This document shows, piece after piece, positions 41,417-51,554 of a DNA stretch of 64,000 nucleotides; position 1 is the stretch's first letter, and the number at the start of each line of letters is the position of its first letter. The translations under genes were made by a program, and so were the position numbers. Under the pieces are notes generated by a model. The model was not told the origin of the DNA and did no database searches. It worked only from the letters and a program-made list of their open reading frames with translations. Source of the DNA: an uncultured Desulfobacter sp. (GTDB lineage: Bacteria; Desulfobacterota; Desulfobacteria; Desulfobacterales; Desulfobacteraceae). The stretch is from the NCBI GenBank assembly GCA_963665095.1, contig OY762069.1:992001-1056000 (forward strand). The letters are read 5' to 3'.

Positions 41417-42658
41417 ATGAATTTAAAAAATATCGAGTCTGAAAATATCAGAATTCTTTTAAATAAAGGGGTGAACATTCCCAATCCCCTTTCTGTATTC
41501 ATTGATGATGATGTGAACCCGGACCGGATTTCCGGTGACAATGTCACGCTCCACAGCGGTACCAAGCTGGCAGGGTCCAGAACCCTGATCATGCCGGGAA
41601 CATCCCTTGGATGGGAAGCCCCGGTCACAGTTGAAAACTGCCTGACAGGTCCCGGTACCAAGCTTCTGGGGGGATATTTTCAGGATACCGTATTCATGGG
41701 AAATAATGTGTTTGGTTCCAACGGGCATGTACGAAAGGGCTGCATTCTGGAGGAGCAGGCCAATGCGGCCCATACGGTGGGACTGAAACAGACCATTCTA
41801 TTTCCCTTTGTCACCCTGGGCAGCCTGATCAATTTCTGCGACTGCCTTATGGCCGGTGGTACCAGCCGGAAAGATCATTCAGAAGTAGGGTCGTCATTTA
41901 TTCATTTTAACTACACCCCAAACCAGGACAAGGCCACCCCGTCCATGATGGGTAATGTCCATCAGGGTGTGATGCTCAACCAGCGACCGGTTTTTCTGGG
42001 CGGGCAGGGGGGACTGGTGGGGCCTGTAAGAATCGCATTCGGGTGTATTACGGCTGCCGGCTCCATTATCCGGCACAGTGAACTGCGGTGTAACCGGTTG
42101 ATGATGGGTGGCAGTTTAAGAAATGCCTCCATGGAATGGCAGCCCGGCACCTATACCCGGCCCGACCGGATTTTTGCGGAAAACATTTTTTATATTGCCG
42201 GATTGTTTGGCCTTAAGGCATGGTACACCCATGTCAGGCAATTGTTTACCTATGATTTTTTTTCCAAAGAGCTTGTATCCGGATTGGTGGGAAATATTGA
42301 CATCTGTATCCAGGAGCGCATCAAACGGCTGGCTGATTTCGGCGATAAGCTTAAACTGTCACGCCAGATTCTGCTTGAAAAGAGCAAAGGGCAGGGCGGC
42401 AGTCCCGCCCTTGCAGGCCACGATAAAATCCTGGATCAGCTGACGCGTATCCCGGAGGTCTTCGATGGTGCGGATCAGGATATAAAAACCCCCGGGCCTG
42501 ATGCAGAACGGTTTTTACGCTATATTGAAAAGCTGGCCGTCAAAAACCGGAAAGATTATTTGTCCGCCATTCAGGGTCTGGATAAAAATCAATCCGCCCT
42601 GGGTTCATCATGGCTTAAACAGGTGGAGGACAGGATCACCAGTGCCTTTGGGTTATAG
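41417..42658 (+). CDS. GlmU acetyltransferase-domain-like (left-handed beta-helix) protein lacking the nucleotidyltransferase domain
   Basis: KGVNIPNP..., LKQTIL, FNYTPNQDK similar to the GlmU C-terminal half; no LAAGxGTR motif; upstream of glmM. Confidence 0.65.
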   Translation: MNLKNIESENIRILLNKGVNIPNPLSVFIDDDVNPDRISGDNVTLHSGTKLAGSRTLIMPGTSLGWEAPVTVENCLTGPGTKLLGGYFQDTVFMGNNVFGSNGHVRKGCILEEQANAAHTVGLKQTILFPFVTLGSLINFCDCLMAGGTSRKDHSEVGSSFIHFNYTPNQDKATPSMMGNVHQGVMLNQRPVFLGGQGGLVGPVRIAFGCITAAGSIIRHSELRCNRLMMGGSLRNASMEWQPGTYTRPDRIFAENIFYIAGLFGLKAWYTHVRQLFTYDFFSKELVSGLVGNIDICIQERIKRLADFGDKLKLSRQILLEKSKGQGGSPALAGHDKILDQLTRIPEVFDGADQDIKTPGPDAERFLRYIEKLAVKNRKDYLSAIQGLDKNQSALGSSWLKQVEDRITSAFGL

Positions 42659-42685
42659 TCTTTACAAAAAGAAGGTTACACTTTA

Positions 42686-44023
42686 ATGGGAACGTTATTT
42701 GGTACAGATGGAATAAGGGGCAGGGCCAACACCTATCCCATGACATGTGAACTGGCAATGAAGACCGGTCAGGCAGTAGGGCTTTTACTCCAGGCAGGCA
42801 AAGATAAAAGCGTTGTGATCGGACGGGATACCCGGGTCTCCGGTCAAATGCTTGAATCAGCACTGGCCGCAGGAATTACAAGCACAGGCGCCGATGTGGT
42901 GCTGGCCGGCGTCATTCCAACCCCTGGCGTGGCGTATCTCAGCGGCAGTGTCGAGGGCTGCGGTGCCGGCATCATGATTTCTGCCTCCCATAACCCTTAC
43001 TATGATAATGGTATCAAGATTTTTCAAAAAGGCGGCATCAAGCTTTCTGATGACCAGGAAGCGCAGATGGAACAGATTATTCTTGGTTCTGATACCGCAC
43101 TGCCCGCTGACATCGGGATAATTGCATCTGCAAATAACGCCACATCCATGTATGCCGGATTTCTGCTGGACAAGTTTCGTTTTAACAGGGATAAAAAAAA
43201 GCTTAAACTGGTTATTGACACGGCCAATGGGGCGGCATCTCTATGCGCGGCAGAAATTTTTACATCTGATATTTTTGATGTCACCTTTATCCACAACACG
43301 CCTGATGGCAAAAATATCAATGCCGCATGCGGCTCCCAGCACACCCGGGATCTCAGCGACAGGGTAATTCAGTTAAAGGCAGATGCAGGTCTTGCCTTTG
43401 ACGGGGATGCGGACCGCCTGATTGCCGTGGATGAAAAAGGCCGGCAGATCACAGGGGACTGCCTGCTGGCAATTCTTGCCCGATTTGCAAAAAATAATGG
43501 GAAATTGAAAAACAATAAAGTGGTCAGCACGGTCATGAGCAATGTCGGATTTGGCAATGCGCTGAAGGAACTGGGCATTGACCATGAGATAACCGGGGTA
43601 GGGGACAGAAAAGTGCTTGAGCGGATGATGGACACCGGTGCCGTGATTGGCGGTGAAGATTCCGGGCACATGATTTTTCTGGATGAACACACCACTGGCG
43701 ATGGTATTTTATCTGCGTTGAAACTGATTGAAGTGCTGCAGGAGACCGGGACGCCTCTGTCTGAGCTTGCCACTGTGATGACAGTTTTTCCCCAGGTCCT
43801 GATCAACGTTGAGGTGGATGCCTCCCGACCTGATTTTATGAAAATCCCTTTGGTTGCAGATGCAATTAAGGAGGTCGAAAACCGCCTTGGAAGCCAGGGC
43901 AGGGTGCTTGTCCGGTATTCAGGCACCCAGCCGCTATTACGGGTTATGGTGGAAGGCCCGGAGGAACAACTGACCCGGCAATGCTGCGAAGAGATCTGCG
44001 ACGCTGTTAAAAAAGCAATGTAA
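42686..44023 (+). CDS. glmM: Phosphoglucosamine mutase
   Basis: FGTDGIRG, ISASHNP, FDGDADR, GGEDSGH, RYSGT. Confidence 0.95.
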   Translation: MGTLFGTDGIRGRANTYPMTCELAMKTGQAVGLLLQAGKDKSVVIGRDTRVSGQMLESALAAGITSTGADVVLAGVIPTPGVAYLSGSVEGCGAGIMISASHNPYYDNGIKIFQKGGIKLSDDQEAQMEQIILGSDTALPADIGIIASANNATSMYAGFLLDKFRFNRDKKKLKLVIDTANGAASLCAAEIFTSDIFDVTFIHNTPDGKNINAACGSQHTRDLSDRVIQLKADAGLAFDGDADRLIAVDEKGRQITGDCLLAILARFAKNNGKLKNNKVVSTVMSNVGFGNALKELGIDHEITGVGDRKVLERMMDTGAVIGGEDSGHMIFLDEHTTGDGILSALKLIEVLQETGTPLSELATVMTVFPQVLINVEVDASRPDFMKIPLVADAIKEVENRLGSQGRVLVRYSGTQPLLRVMVEGPEEQLTRQCCEEICDAVKKAM

Positions 44024-44220
44024 ACCAAAACATATATCCCTTCAAAACCCCGGGGACTTCTCTTAAATGGTCAAATTTGCAAATTCTCCCCGGTGGTACC
44101 TTCTTAAATTAACACTTTATATTACTATATTCTGTTGATTTCACAGTGATTAACAGATATTGAAGATGGGTACGTGAGATAATTCAACAATAAACACTCA
44201 TTGTTCAGGTTCAGTAAGAT

Positions 44221-47200
44221 ATGGATACGACCGGAATCAAGTCTCCAAATTTCTTTTTTTTGTCTGAATACAATGCATTTCTTTTTCAATGCGCAGTGTT
44301 TGCTGAGCGCTATGTCTTTGATGACCCCAACACGGCTTTAATCAAGCTTCGTCAATTTGGGGAATTGCTGGCACAGGAGTTAGCCGCAAGAACGGGTCTG
44401 GATATTTGTCCTGAAGATACCGCTGTCACGGTATTAAGAAAACTTGAATATGAGAATACAGTACCTCCCAAAGCGGCTCAGCTTTTTCACGCCCTGCGAA
44501 AAACCGGCAACAAAGCCGTTCATGAACTTGCCGGAAATCAAGGCGAAGCCCTTCATCATTTGCGGATGGCAAGAGAACTGGCGGTCTGGTTCCATAAATC
44601 CTTTGGTAAAAATCCGAATCTTGCCAAAGGTCCCTTTATTCCCCCGCCTGATCCTTCCCAGGCAGATGCAGAACTGAAAAAAGAGCTTAAACAGCTCAGG
44701 CAACAATTGGCCAAAGCCCGGGAAAAGGCAGCAATCGCGGACCAGCAGGAGATAGAAATTCAAAAAATCTATGAAGACCTGAATGCCGCCTTAAATCTTG
44801 CGGAAGAGACAGAAGAACAACTGATATCGGAAAAACAAAAGCATCAGGAATATATAAACCAGCTTAAGGCCCAGGCAAAAGCCAAACCCCAGACGGTCAG
44901 CCTTGCCCTTGCGAAAGCGGCAACAGCGGATGAAGAAATTCACCTGAATGAGGCGGATACCAGAAAAATCATTGATACCCAGCTTCAAGAGGCCGGTTGG
45001 GATGCGGACACTAAAAATCTGACTTATAAAAAAGGCGTTCGTCCCCAAACGGGGGAAAATATAGCCATTGCTGAATGGCCGGTGGATAACGGCAAAGGCC
45101 GGGCCGATTATGTTTTGTTTGCGGGGCTCACCGCCATTGGCATTGTTGAGGCCAAACGGAAAAATAAAGATGTCTGCGGGTCCATAGAGCAAGCAAAGCG
45201 TTACAGCGAAGGCTTTGAAAAAGGAAATGGGTGGGAACCGGCCGGTGGCCCATGGGGCAACTATAAAGTGCCGTTTCTTTTCGCCACCAACGGCAGGCCT
45301 TTCCTAAGACAGTTAAAGACTAAAAGCGGTATATGGTTCCTGGATGGACGCCTTTCAACCAATCATTCCAGGCCCCTGGATTCATGGTACACCCCCGAAG
45401 GCCTTAAAGGGCTTCTTGATATTGATGTACCCGATGCCCATGACAAGCTGGACAAAGAGCCCACCGACTATCTGGGATTAAGGGAGTATCAGCTTAAGGC
45501 CATTAAGGCCGCTGAAAAGGCCATAGCGGATGAAAAACAGCAGATATTATTGGCCATGGCCACCGGCACCGGCAAAACCCGTACCTGCATCGGCCTGTCA
45601 TACAGACTGCTGAAGGCCAAACGGTTCCGACGGATTCTATTTCTCGTGGATCGGACCTCTTTAGGAGAACAGGCTGCCGGGGCGTTTAAAGATGTGAAAC
45701 TGGAAAACCTCCAATCCTTTTCAGATATATACGACGTCAAAGAACTGGGGGATATCACCCCGGAAAAAGATACCCGCCTGCATATTGCCACCATTCAAGG
45801 GATGATCCGGCGGTTATTGTATCCCGCAGAAGAGAACCGGCCCTTGGCCGTAGATCAATATGACTGCATTATTGTGGATGAGTGTCACAGAGGGTATGCC
45901 CTGGACCGGGAGATGACCGAAGGGGAACTGACCTTTCGCAGTGAACGGGACTATATATCAAAATATACAAAGGTCCTGGACCATTTTGATGCGGTTAAAA
46001 TCGGTCTGACCGCCACACCGGCACTGCACACCACACAAATATTTGACGAACCGGTGTTTACCTACTCTTACCGCCAGGCCGTCATTGAAGGATATCTTCG
46101 GGACCATGAACCGCCCATCTGTATTAAAACCAGGCTGGCCCATGACGGCATCACCTGGCAAGTCAATGAAGAGATGGCGGTCTATCATGTCAATACAGGA
46201 CAGCTTTCCACCCATAACACACCGGATGAAGTCACCATTGATGTGGAAAAGTTCAACACCTTTGTGATCACGGAAAACTTTAACAAGGTGGTCTGTGAGG
46301 AACTTGCCAGGCATATTGATCCGGCATTGCCCGGAAAAACACTGATATTCTGTGCCACGGACAGCCATGCCGACATGGTGGTGTCGCTGCTCAAAGAGGC
46401 CTTTGGGGACCAGTACGGTTCTGTTGATGATGATGCCGTGGTGAAAATCACCGCAGCAGCAGATAAGCCCCTGGAAAAGATCCGCCGGTATAAACTGGAG
46501 AAGCTTCCCAGTGTTGCCGTTACGGTAGACCTGCTGACCACCGGCATTGATGTGCCTGAAATCGTCAATCTGGTGTTCATCCGGCGGGTAAAAAGCCGCA
46601 TTTTGTATGAGCAGATGATCGGCAGGGCCACCCGGCCATGTGATGAAATCAATAAGGATTTCTTTCGTATCTTTGATGCCGTAGACCTTTACTCAGCCCT
46701 GGAACCCTACTCCACCATGAAACCTGTGGTGGTGAACCCTAAAATCACCTTTGCACAATTGGCCCAGGAGCTTGAAAAGGTGGACGATGAAGGTCTTCGG
46801 ATGGAGATACGGGACCAGATTGTTGCCAAAATGCAGTATAAAAAGCGTCTGATCACAGACGGTGCATTGGATCAGTTCAAATCCCTGACGGGCAATACCC
46901 CTGAAATAGCTGCCAGGCAATGGATGAAGATGTCCGGGCAAAAAATTAAAGATTATTTTGCGGCAAGACCGGATCTTCCCAAGTTTCTTGATGGCCTGAA
47001 GGCCGACAAAGAAAAGGTGTTGTTGATATCCGGCCATGGGGATGAAGTGATCAACGTCTCCCACGGGTATGGTGCGCATAAAAAGCCTGAAGACTACCTT
47101 GAATCCTTTGGAAAATATCTGAACGAAAACAAAAATAAAATTCCCGCCATTATGGTAGTTACGACCAAACCCAGGGATTTAACCCGGGAACAGCTCAAGG

Positions 47201-47595
47201 AGCTTCGATTGATCCTGGCCCGCGAAGGATACAATGAAATGACCCTGAAAACCGCCTGGAAAGATGCCAATAATGTTGAAATTGCCGCCTCCATCATTGG
47301 GTTTATCCGGCAGTCTGTATTGGGATCACCGCTGATCCCTTATCAGGAGAGGGTAAAACATGCCATGGATGCCATTCTTGCAAGCCAACCCTGGACCGAT
47401 CCCCAAAGAAAATGGTTGGAAAGAATCGGCAAACAACTGGAACAAGAGACCATTGTGGACCGTGCATCCCTGGACAGCGGCAGGTTCAAAGATCAGGGTG
47501 GCTTTAATCGGTTGAATAGGATATTTAACGGCCAAATGAGTGAAATATTGGGCCGGATCAGTGATGAACTCTGGAAAGATACGGCCATGGGATAA
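44221..47595 (+). CDS. hsdR: Type I restriction enzyme R subunit (EcoKI-like)
   Basis: NEADTR, ADYVL...VEAKR nuclease motif, MATGTGKT, DECH, TATP, LLTTGID, QMIGRATR. Confidence 0.95.
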   Translation: MDTTGIKSPNFFFLSEYNAFLFQCAVFAERYVFDDPNTALIKLRQFGELLAQELAARTGLDICPEDTAVTVLRKLEYENTVPPKAAQLFHALRKTGNKAVHELAGNQGEALHHLRMARELAVWFHKSFGKNPNLAKGPFIPPPDPSQADAELKKELKQLRQQLAKAREKAAIADQQEIEIQKIYEDLNAALNLAEETEEQLISEKQKHQEYINQLKAQAKAKPQTVSLALAKAATADEEIHLNEADTRKIIDTQLQEAGWDADTKNLTYKKGVRPQTGENIAIAEWPVDNGKGRADYVLFAGLTAIGIVEAKRKNKDVCGSIEQAKRYSEGFEKGNGWEPAGGPWGNYKVPFLFATNGRPFLRQLKTKSGIWFLDGRLSTNHSRPLDSWYTPEGLKGLLDIDVPDAHDKLDKEPTDYLGLREYQLKAIKAAEKAIADEKQQILLAMATGTGKTRTCIGLSYRLLKAKRFRRILFLVDRTSLGEQAAGAFKDVKLENLQSFSDIYDVKELGDITPEKDTRLHIATIQGMIRRLLYPAEENRPLAVDQYDCIIVDECHRGYALDREMTEGELTFRSERDYISKYTKVLDHFDAVKIGLTATPALHTTQIFDEPVFTYSYRQAVIEGYLRDHEPPICIKTRLAHDGITWQVNEEMAVYHVNTGQLSTHNTPDEVTIDVEKFNTFVITENFNKVVCEELARHIDPALPGKTLIFCATDSHADMVVSLLKEAFGDQYGSVDDDAVVKITAAADKPLEKIRRYKLEKLPSVAVTVDLLTTGIDVPEIVNLVFIRRVKSRILYEQMIGRATRPCDEINKDFFRIFDAVDLYSALEPYSTMKPVVVNPKITFAQLAQELEKVDDEGLRMEIRDQIVAKMQYKKRLITDGALDQFKSLTGNTPEIAARQWMKMSGQKIKDYFAARPDLPKFLDGLKADKEKVLLISGHGDEVINVSHGYGAHKKPEDYLESFGKYLNENKNKIPAIMVVTTKPRDLTREQLKELRLILAREGYNEMTLKTAWKDANNVEIAASIIGFIRQSVLGSPLIPYQERVKHAMDAILASQPWTDPQRKWLERIGKQLEQETIVDRASLDSGRFKDQGGFNRLNRIFNGQMSEILGRISDELWKDTAMG

Positions 47596-47604
47596 AGGAA
47601 GATC

Positions 47605-49032
47605 ATGGCAACAACACAGGATATTGTACAAAAACTGTGGGGATTTTGTAACATCCTCAAAGATGACGGTATCACCTATCATCAATATGTCACCGAACTG
47701 ACATATATTCTCTTCTTGAAAATGGCAAAAGAGACCGGCACCGAAAATCAACTGCCGGAAGAGTATCGTTGGGATGCCCTTGTTCAAAAAGAGGGTGTGG
47801 ACCAGTTGGACTTTTACCGCATTATGCTCGTTGAACTTGGACGGCAGGGAAGCGGACGGATCCAGGCGATTTACGCCAATGCCACAACATCATTAAGGCA
47901 CCCCAGAAACCTGAACAAACTGATTCAGAATGTTGATGAACTGGACTGGTACAGCGCCCGCCAGGAAGGCCTTGGGGATCTGTATGAAGGCTTGATGGAG
48001 AAAAACGCCAATGAGAAAAAAAGCGGTGCCGGGCAATACTTCACCCCCAGGCCGTTGATAGAGTCCATTGTGGAACTGGTTAAACCCCGGCCCGGTGAAG
48101 TGATCCAGGACCCTGCCGCAGGAACCGGGGGCTTCCTGCTCATGGCAGACCGGTATATCAAAGAGCGAACCGATGATCTGTATGACCTGTCCGAAGATGC
48201 CCAGAATTTTCAGCGCAACCAGGCCCTGTGCGGCATGGAGCTGGTCTAGGATGCCCATCGCCTGGCGTTGATGAACATGATGCTGCATGATATTGCAGGG
48301 CCTTTGCAGTTGGGCAACACCCTTGGATCAGCCGGAGCCGCCCTGCCCAAAGCAGATATCATCATGACCAATCCCCCCTTTGGCACCAAAAAAGGCGGTG
48401 GTGCGCCAACCCGGGAATTCACCTATCCCACCAGCAACAAACAATTGGCATTTTTACAGCATATCTACAGGGGATTGAAACCGGGCGGCAGGGCCGCCGT
48501 GGTTCTGCCCGACAACGTATTGTTTGAGGACAATGTGGGACAAAAAGTCCGGGCCGACCTGATGCACAAATGCAACCTGCACACGATCCTGCGCCTTCCC
48601 ACGGGGATCTTCTATGCCCAGGGGGTTAAAACCAATGTCCTGTTCTTTTCCAGGGGAACCACTGAAAAGGACAACACCAAAGAGGTCTGGGTCTATGACC
48701 TGCGGACCAATATGCCGTCCTTTGGCAAGCGAACGCCTTTGACCCGGGAACATTTCAAAGAGTTTGAAGCTGCATTTGGCGATGATCCTATGGGGTTAAG
48801 CGCAAGAAGGGACCGGGGTGAAGAAGGACGGTTCCGGGCCTTTGACAGAGATACCATTAAATCCCGTGGAGACAATCTCGATATTTCCTGGCTGCAGGAT
48901 GAAAACGCCGGGAATGGGGAGAAGTTGCCTGAACCTGAAATAATAGCAGCAGAGATCATGGAGCATTTGAGGGTTGCAATGAATGAGATCGAAGAATTGT
49001 CGATCCTTCTCGAAAGCGGAGAAGAACAATAA
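47605..49032 (+). pseudogene. hsdM: Type I RM m6A methyltransferase interrupted by an in-frame TAG at 48247-48249
   Basis: ORFs 47605-48249 and 48268-49032 share a frame: GQYFTP and DPAAGTGG lie before the stop, NPPF and RLPTGIFY after it; continuous reading GMELV*DAHRLALMN. Confidence 0.88.
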
Positions 49033-50486
49033 TGGCTGATTCTGAAAAGGAAAAAGGTTCATGGCCTTCTGACACTCTCCCGCCTTCTTGGGAATGGATT
49101 CCATTTAAGCAAGCGTACAATAATGTAACGAGTTCACATCGTAAATTAAAACAGAAACAATACTTGCAGAAGGGATCTATTCCTGTTGTCGACCAAGGAA
49201 AAGAATTAATAGGGGGGTACACTGAAAATAAAGATACTCTGCATGAAAGTGAGCCACCCTGTATTGTATTTGGTGATCACACGAGATGTGTAAAGTTTAT
49301 TGATTTCAATTTTGCCCAAGGGGCAGACGGCGTTAAGGTCTTGAAGCCCACAGAATTGTATACTCCAGAATTCTCATATAGAGTTCTTCAAGCAGTTAGC
49401 CTACCGGACAAAGGGTATAGTAGACACTTTAAATTTCTAAAAGACACATCTTTTCCTCTCCCTCCTCCAAACGAGCAGAAACGGATTGCAAACAAAATAG
49501 CGATCCTTGAGACCAAAAGCCAAAAAACAAAACAAGCCCTTGATGCGGCCAAACCCCTTCTGGACAAACTCAGGCAATCCATACTGGCAAGTGCTTTCCG
49601 GGGAGATCTGACCGCAGAATGGCGGAAAAAGAATCCTGATGTTGAACCTGCTTCTGCCCTGCTTGACCGTATCCGGGCAGAGCGCCGGAAAAAATGGGAA
49701 GAAAATGAACTGGCCAAAATGAAGGCCAAGGGAAAGGAACCCCAAAACGATAATTGGAAATCTAAATATAAAGAGCCTGAGCCTGTTAATACTAAGGGGC
49801 TTCCGGAATTACCTGTTGGGTGGTGTTGGGCTAAGTTAAATGAATTGGGGCAATGGTCCGGTGGAGGGACCCCAAGAAAAAGTAATCCTGAATATTGGGA
49901 TTCTGGTCAGATACCTTGGATTACACCTAAAGATATGAAGCAAATAACCATATCTGATTCAATCGATAAAATAACCCCGAAAGCAGTTAAGGAATCATCT
50001 GCCAATATCATTCCTGAAGGATCCATACTCTTTGTTGTTCGTAGTGGAATTCTAAGACGAATTTTACCTATAGCATTGAATAACATTGAGTCAACTGTAA
50101 ATCAGGACCTTAAAGCATTAGCTTTAAGCATCCCCTCATTAAACAAATATCTGTTGTACAATTTGATCTCTACTGAGAGGAAGATTCGTTACAAATGTTC
50201 TAAAAGTGGAACAACAGTTGAGAGTATAGATTTTGATTCTTTAAAATTATTTGCTGTGCCACTTGCGTCTCAAAAAGAAGGAGAGCTAATACTCTCTAAA
50301 GTTGAAACAGCGTTAGCAAATGTAAATAAAATTGAAAAAACAATTTTATCAAATGAAATGTTTTTATCGATATTAAATCAATCAATTTTGAATAAAGCCT
50401 TTCAAGGAGAACTCGTCCCACAAGACCCATCAGACGAACCGGCTGCAGAACTCCTCGCCCGGATTAATGGGCAAAAGCCTGCTTGA
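49032..50486 (+). CDS. hsdS: Type I RM specificity subunit
   Basis: LPPSW, PLPPPNEQKRI, QSILASAFRGDL, LPVGW...GGTP, QSILNKAFQGEL; two TRDs. Confidence 0.93.
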   Translation: MADSEKEKGSWPSDTLPPSWEWIPFKQAYNNVTSSHRKLKQKQYLQKGSIPVVDQGKELIGGYTENKDTLHESEPPCIVFGDHTRCVKFIDFNFAQGADGVKVLKPTELYTPEFSYRVLQAVSLPDKGYSRHFKFLKDTSFPLPPPNEQKRIANKIAILETKSQKTKQALDAAKPLLDKLRQSILASAFRGDLTAEWRKKNPDVEPASALLDRIRAERRKKWEENELAKMKAKGKEPQNDNWKSKYKEPEPVNTKGLPELPVGWCWAKLNELGQWSGGGTPRKSNPEYWDSGQIPWITPKDMKQITISDSIDKITPKAVKESSANIIPEGSILFVVRSGILRRILPIALNNIESTVNQDLKALALSIPSLNKYLLYNLISTERKIRYKCSKSGTTVESIDFDSLKLFAVPLASQKEGELILSKVETALANVNKIEKTILSNEMFLSILNQSILNKAFQGELVPQDPSDEPAAELLARINGQKPA

Positions 50487-50579
50487 AGAAACAGATTAAC
50501 CAAATCTTTAATATTGCAAAATATTAACAGATAATAAATATTGAATATTACAAACACTTATCCAAAGGTAACCACAAAA

Positions 50580-51545
50580 ATGGCAACGGCAGAACAAATA
50601 AAGGCTTTGATAAAATCGCATTTCAGTGATGATAAAGAGCGGTTTTACACCATTTCGCTGCAGCTGGCCGCCCATGAGTCCAGGCAGGGCCATCAAGCCA
50701 TCGCCAAAGCCATCCGGGACATTGTGGATAAGGGGCGTCAACAAAAAAATGCCTCAATAATTCCCTTTCCCGGTGAGTTGCAGGGTCTGGTCCTGACAGA
50801 GGCGCCTGAAACGCCCAAATCCGCCATGGTGATGCCCGAAGCTTTGGAAAAACGAATCCATCGAATCATTCATGAATACAGGCAAAAGAATAAATTAAAA
50901 GCCCATGGGTTACAGCACCGGCGCAAAATATTGCTCTCCGGCCCTCCGGGAACCGGGAAAACCATGACGGCAAGGGTGCTGGCAAAAGAACTGGACCTGA
51001 AGCTGCATACCATTCAAGTGGACCGCCTTGTTACCAAATTCATGGGAGAGACAAGTGCCAAGCTTCGCCAGATATTTGACATGATCAAACAGGTCCATGG
51101 CATATATTTTTTTGATGAGTTTGATGCCATCGGAGCCGAGCGGTCAATGGACAACGATGTCGGAGAAATGCGCAGGGTTTTGAACGCTTTTCTACAGTTC
51201 ATTGAACAGGATCACTCGGACAGTATGATTATTGCCGCCACCAATAACCCGAAACTGCTTGACAGCGCCCTGTTTCGCCGGTTTGAAGATGTGCTCAACT
51301 ATCGTCTTCCCCAAGAGAAGGAGAGACAGGCATTGATCAAAAATATCATGGGAACCTTTATGGGCTCACGGTTTGCGTGGAAAAATGTGCTCAGCCTGAG
51401 CAAAGGGCTCTCCCATGCGGAAATAGATTATGCCTGTAAAGACACCATCAAAGAAATTATTTTATCCGGTAAAACCAGGGCCAATGCAACCTTGTTATCC
51501 CGGTCGCTGAAAGAACGGCAGAATTCAAACTCCTGGAGCATATAA
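50580..51545 (+). CDS. AAA+ ATPase (IetA-like)
   Basis: GPPGTGKT, FFDEFD, AATN, ALFRRF; immediately upstream of an S8 peptidase; start MATAEQIK. Confidence 0.85.
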   Translation: MATAEQIKALIKSHFSDDKERFYTISLQLAAHESRQGHQAIAKAIRDIVDKGRQQKNASIIPFPGELQGLVLTEAPETPKSAMVMPEALEKRIHRIIHEYRQKNKLKAHGLQHRRKILLSGPPGTGKTMTARVLAKELDLKLHTIQVDRLVTKFMGETSAKLRQIFDMIKQVHGIYFFDEFDAIGAERSMDNDVGEMRRVLNAFLQFIEQDHSDSMIIAATNNPKLLDSALFRRFEDVLNYRLPQEKERQALIKNIMGTFMGSRFAWKNVLSLSKGLSHAEIDYACKDTIKEIILSGKTRANATLLSRSLKERQNSNSWSI

Positions 51546-51554
51546 TTCATTGCA

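Noticed and set aside
43369..44028. Long antisense or alternate-frame ORFs (e.g. 43369-44028, 22611-23453, 12013-12747, 56301-56930, 57207-57854)
   Set aside because: They overlap well-supported genes, have no recognisable motifs, and are typical shadow ORFs
44024..44220. Tn7-type insertion explaining the defence island
   Set aside because: The flanking gene is glmM, not glmS, and no tns genes or TGT...ACA transposon ends were recognised
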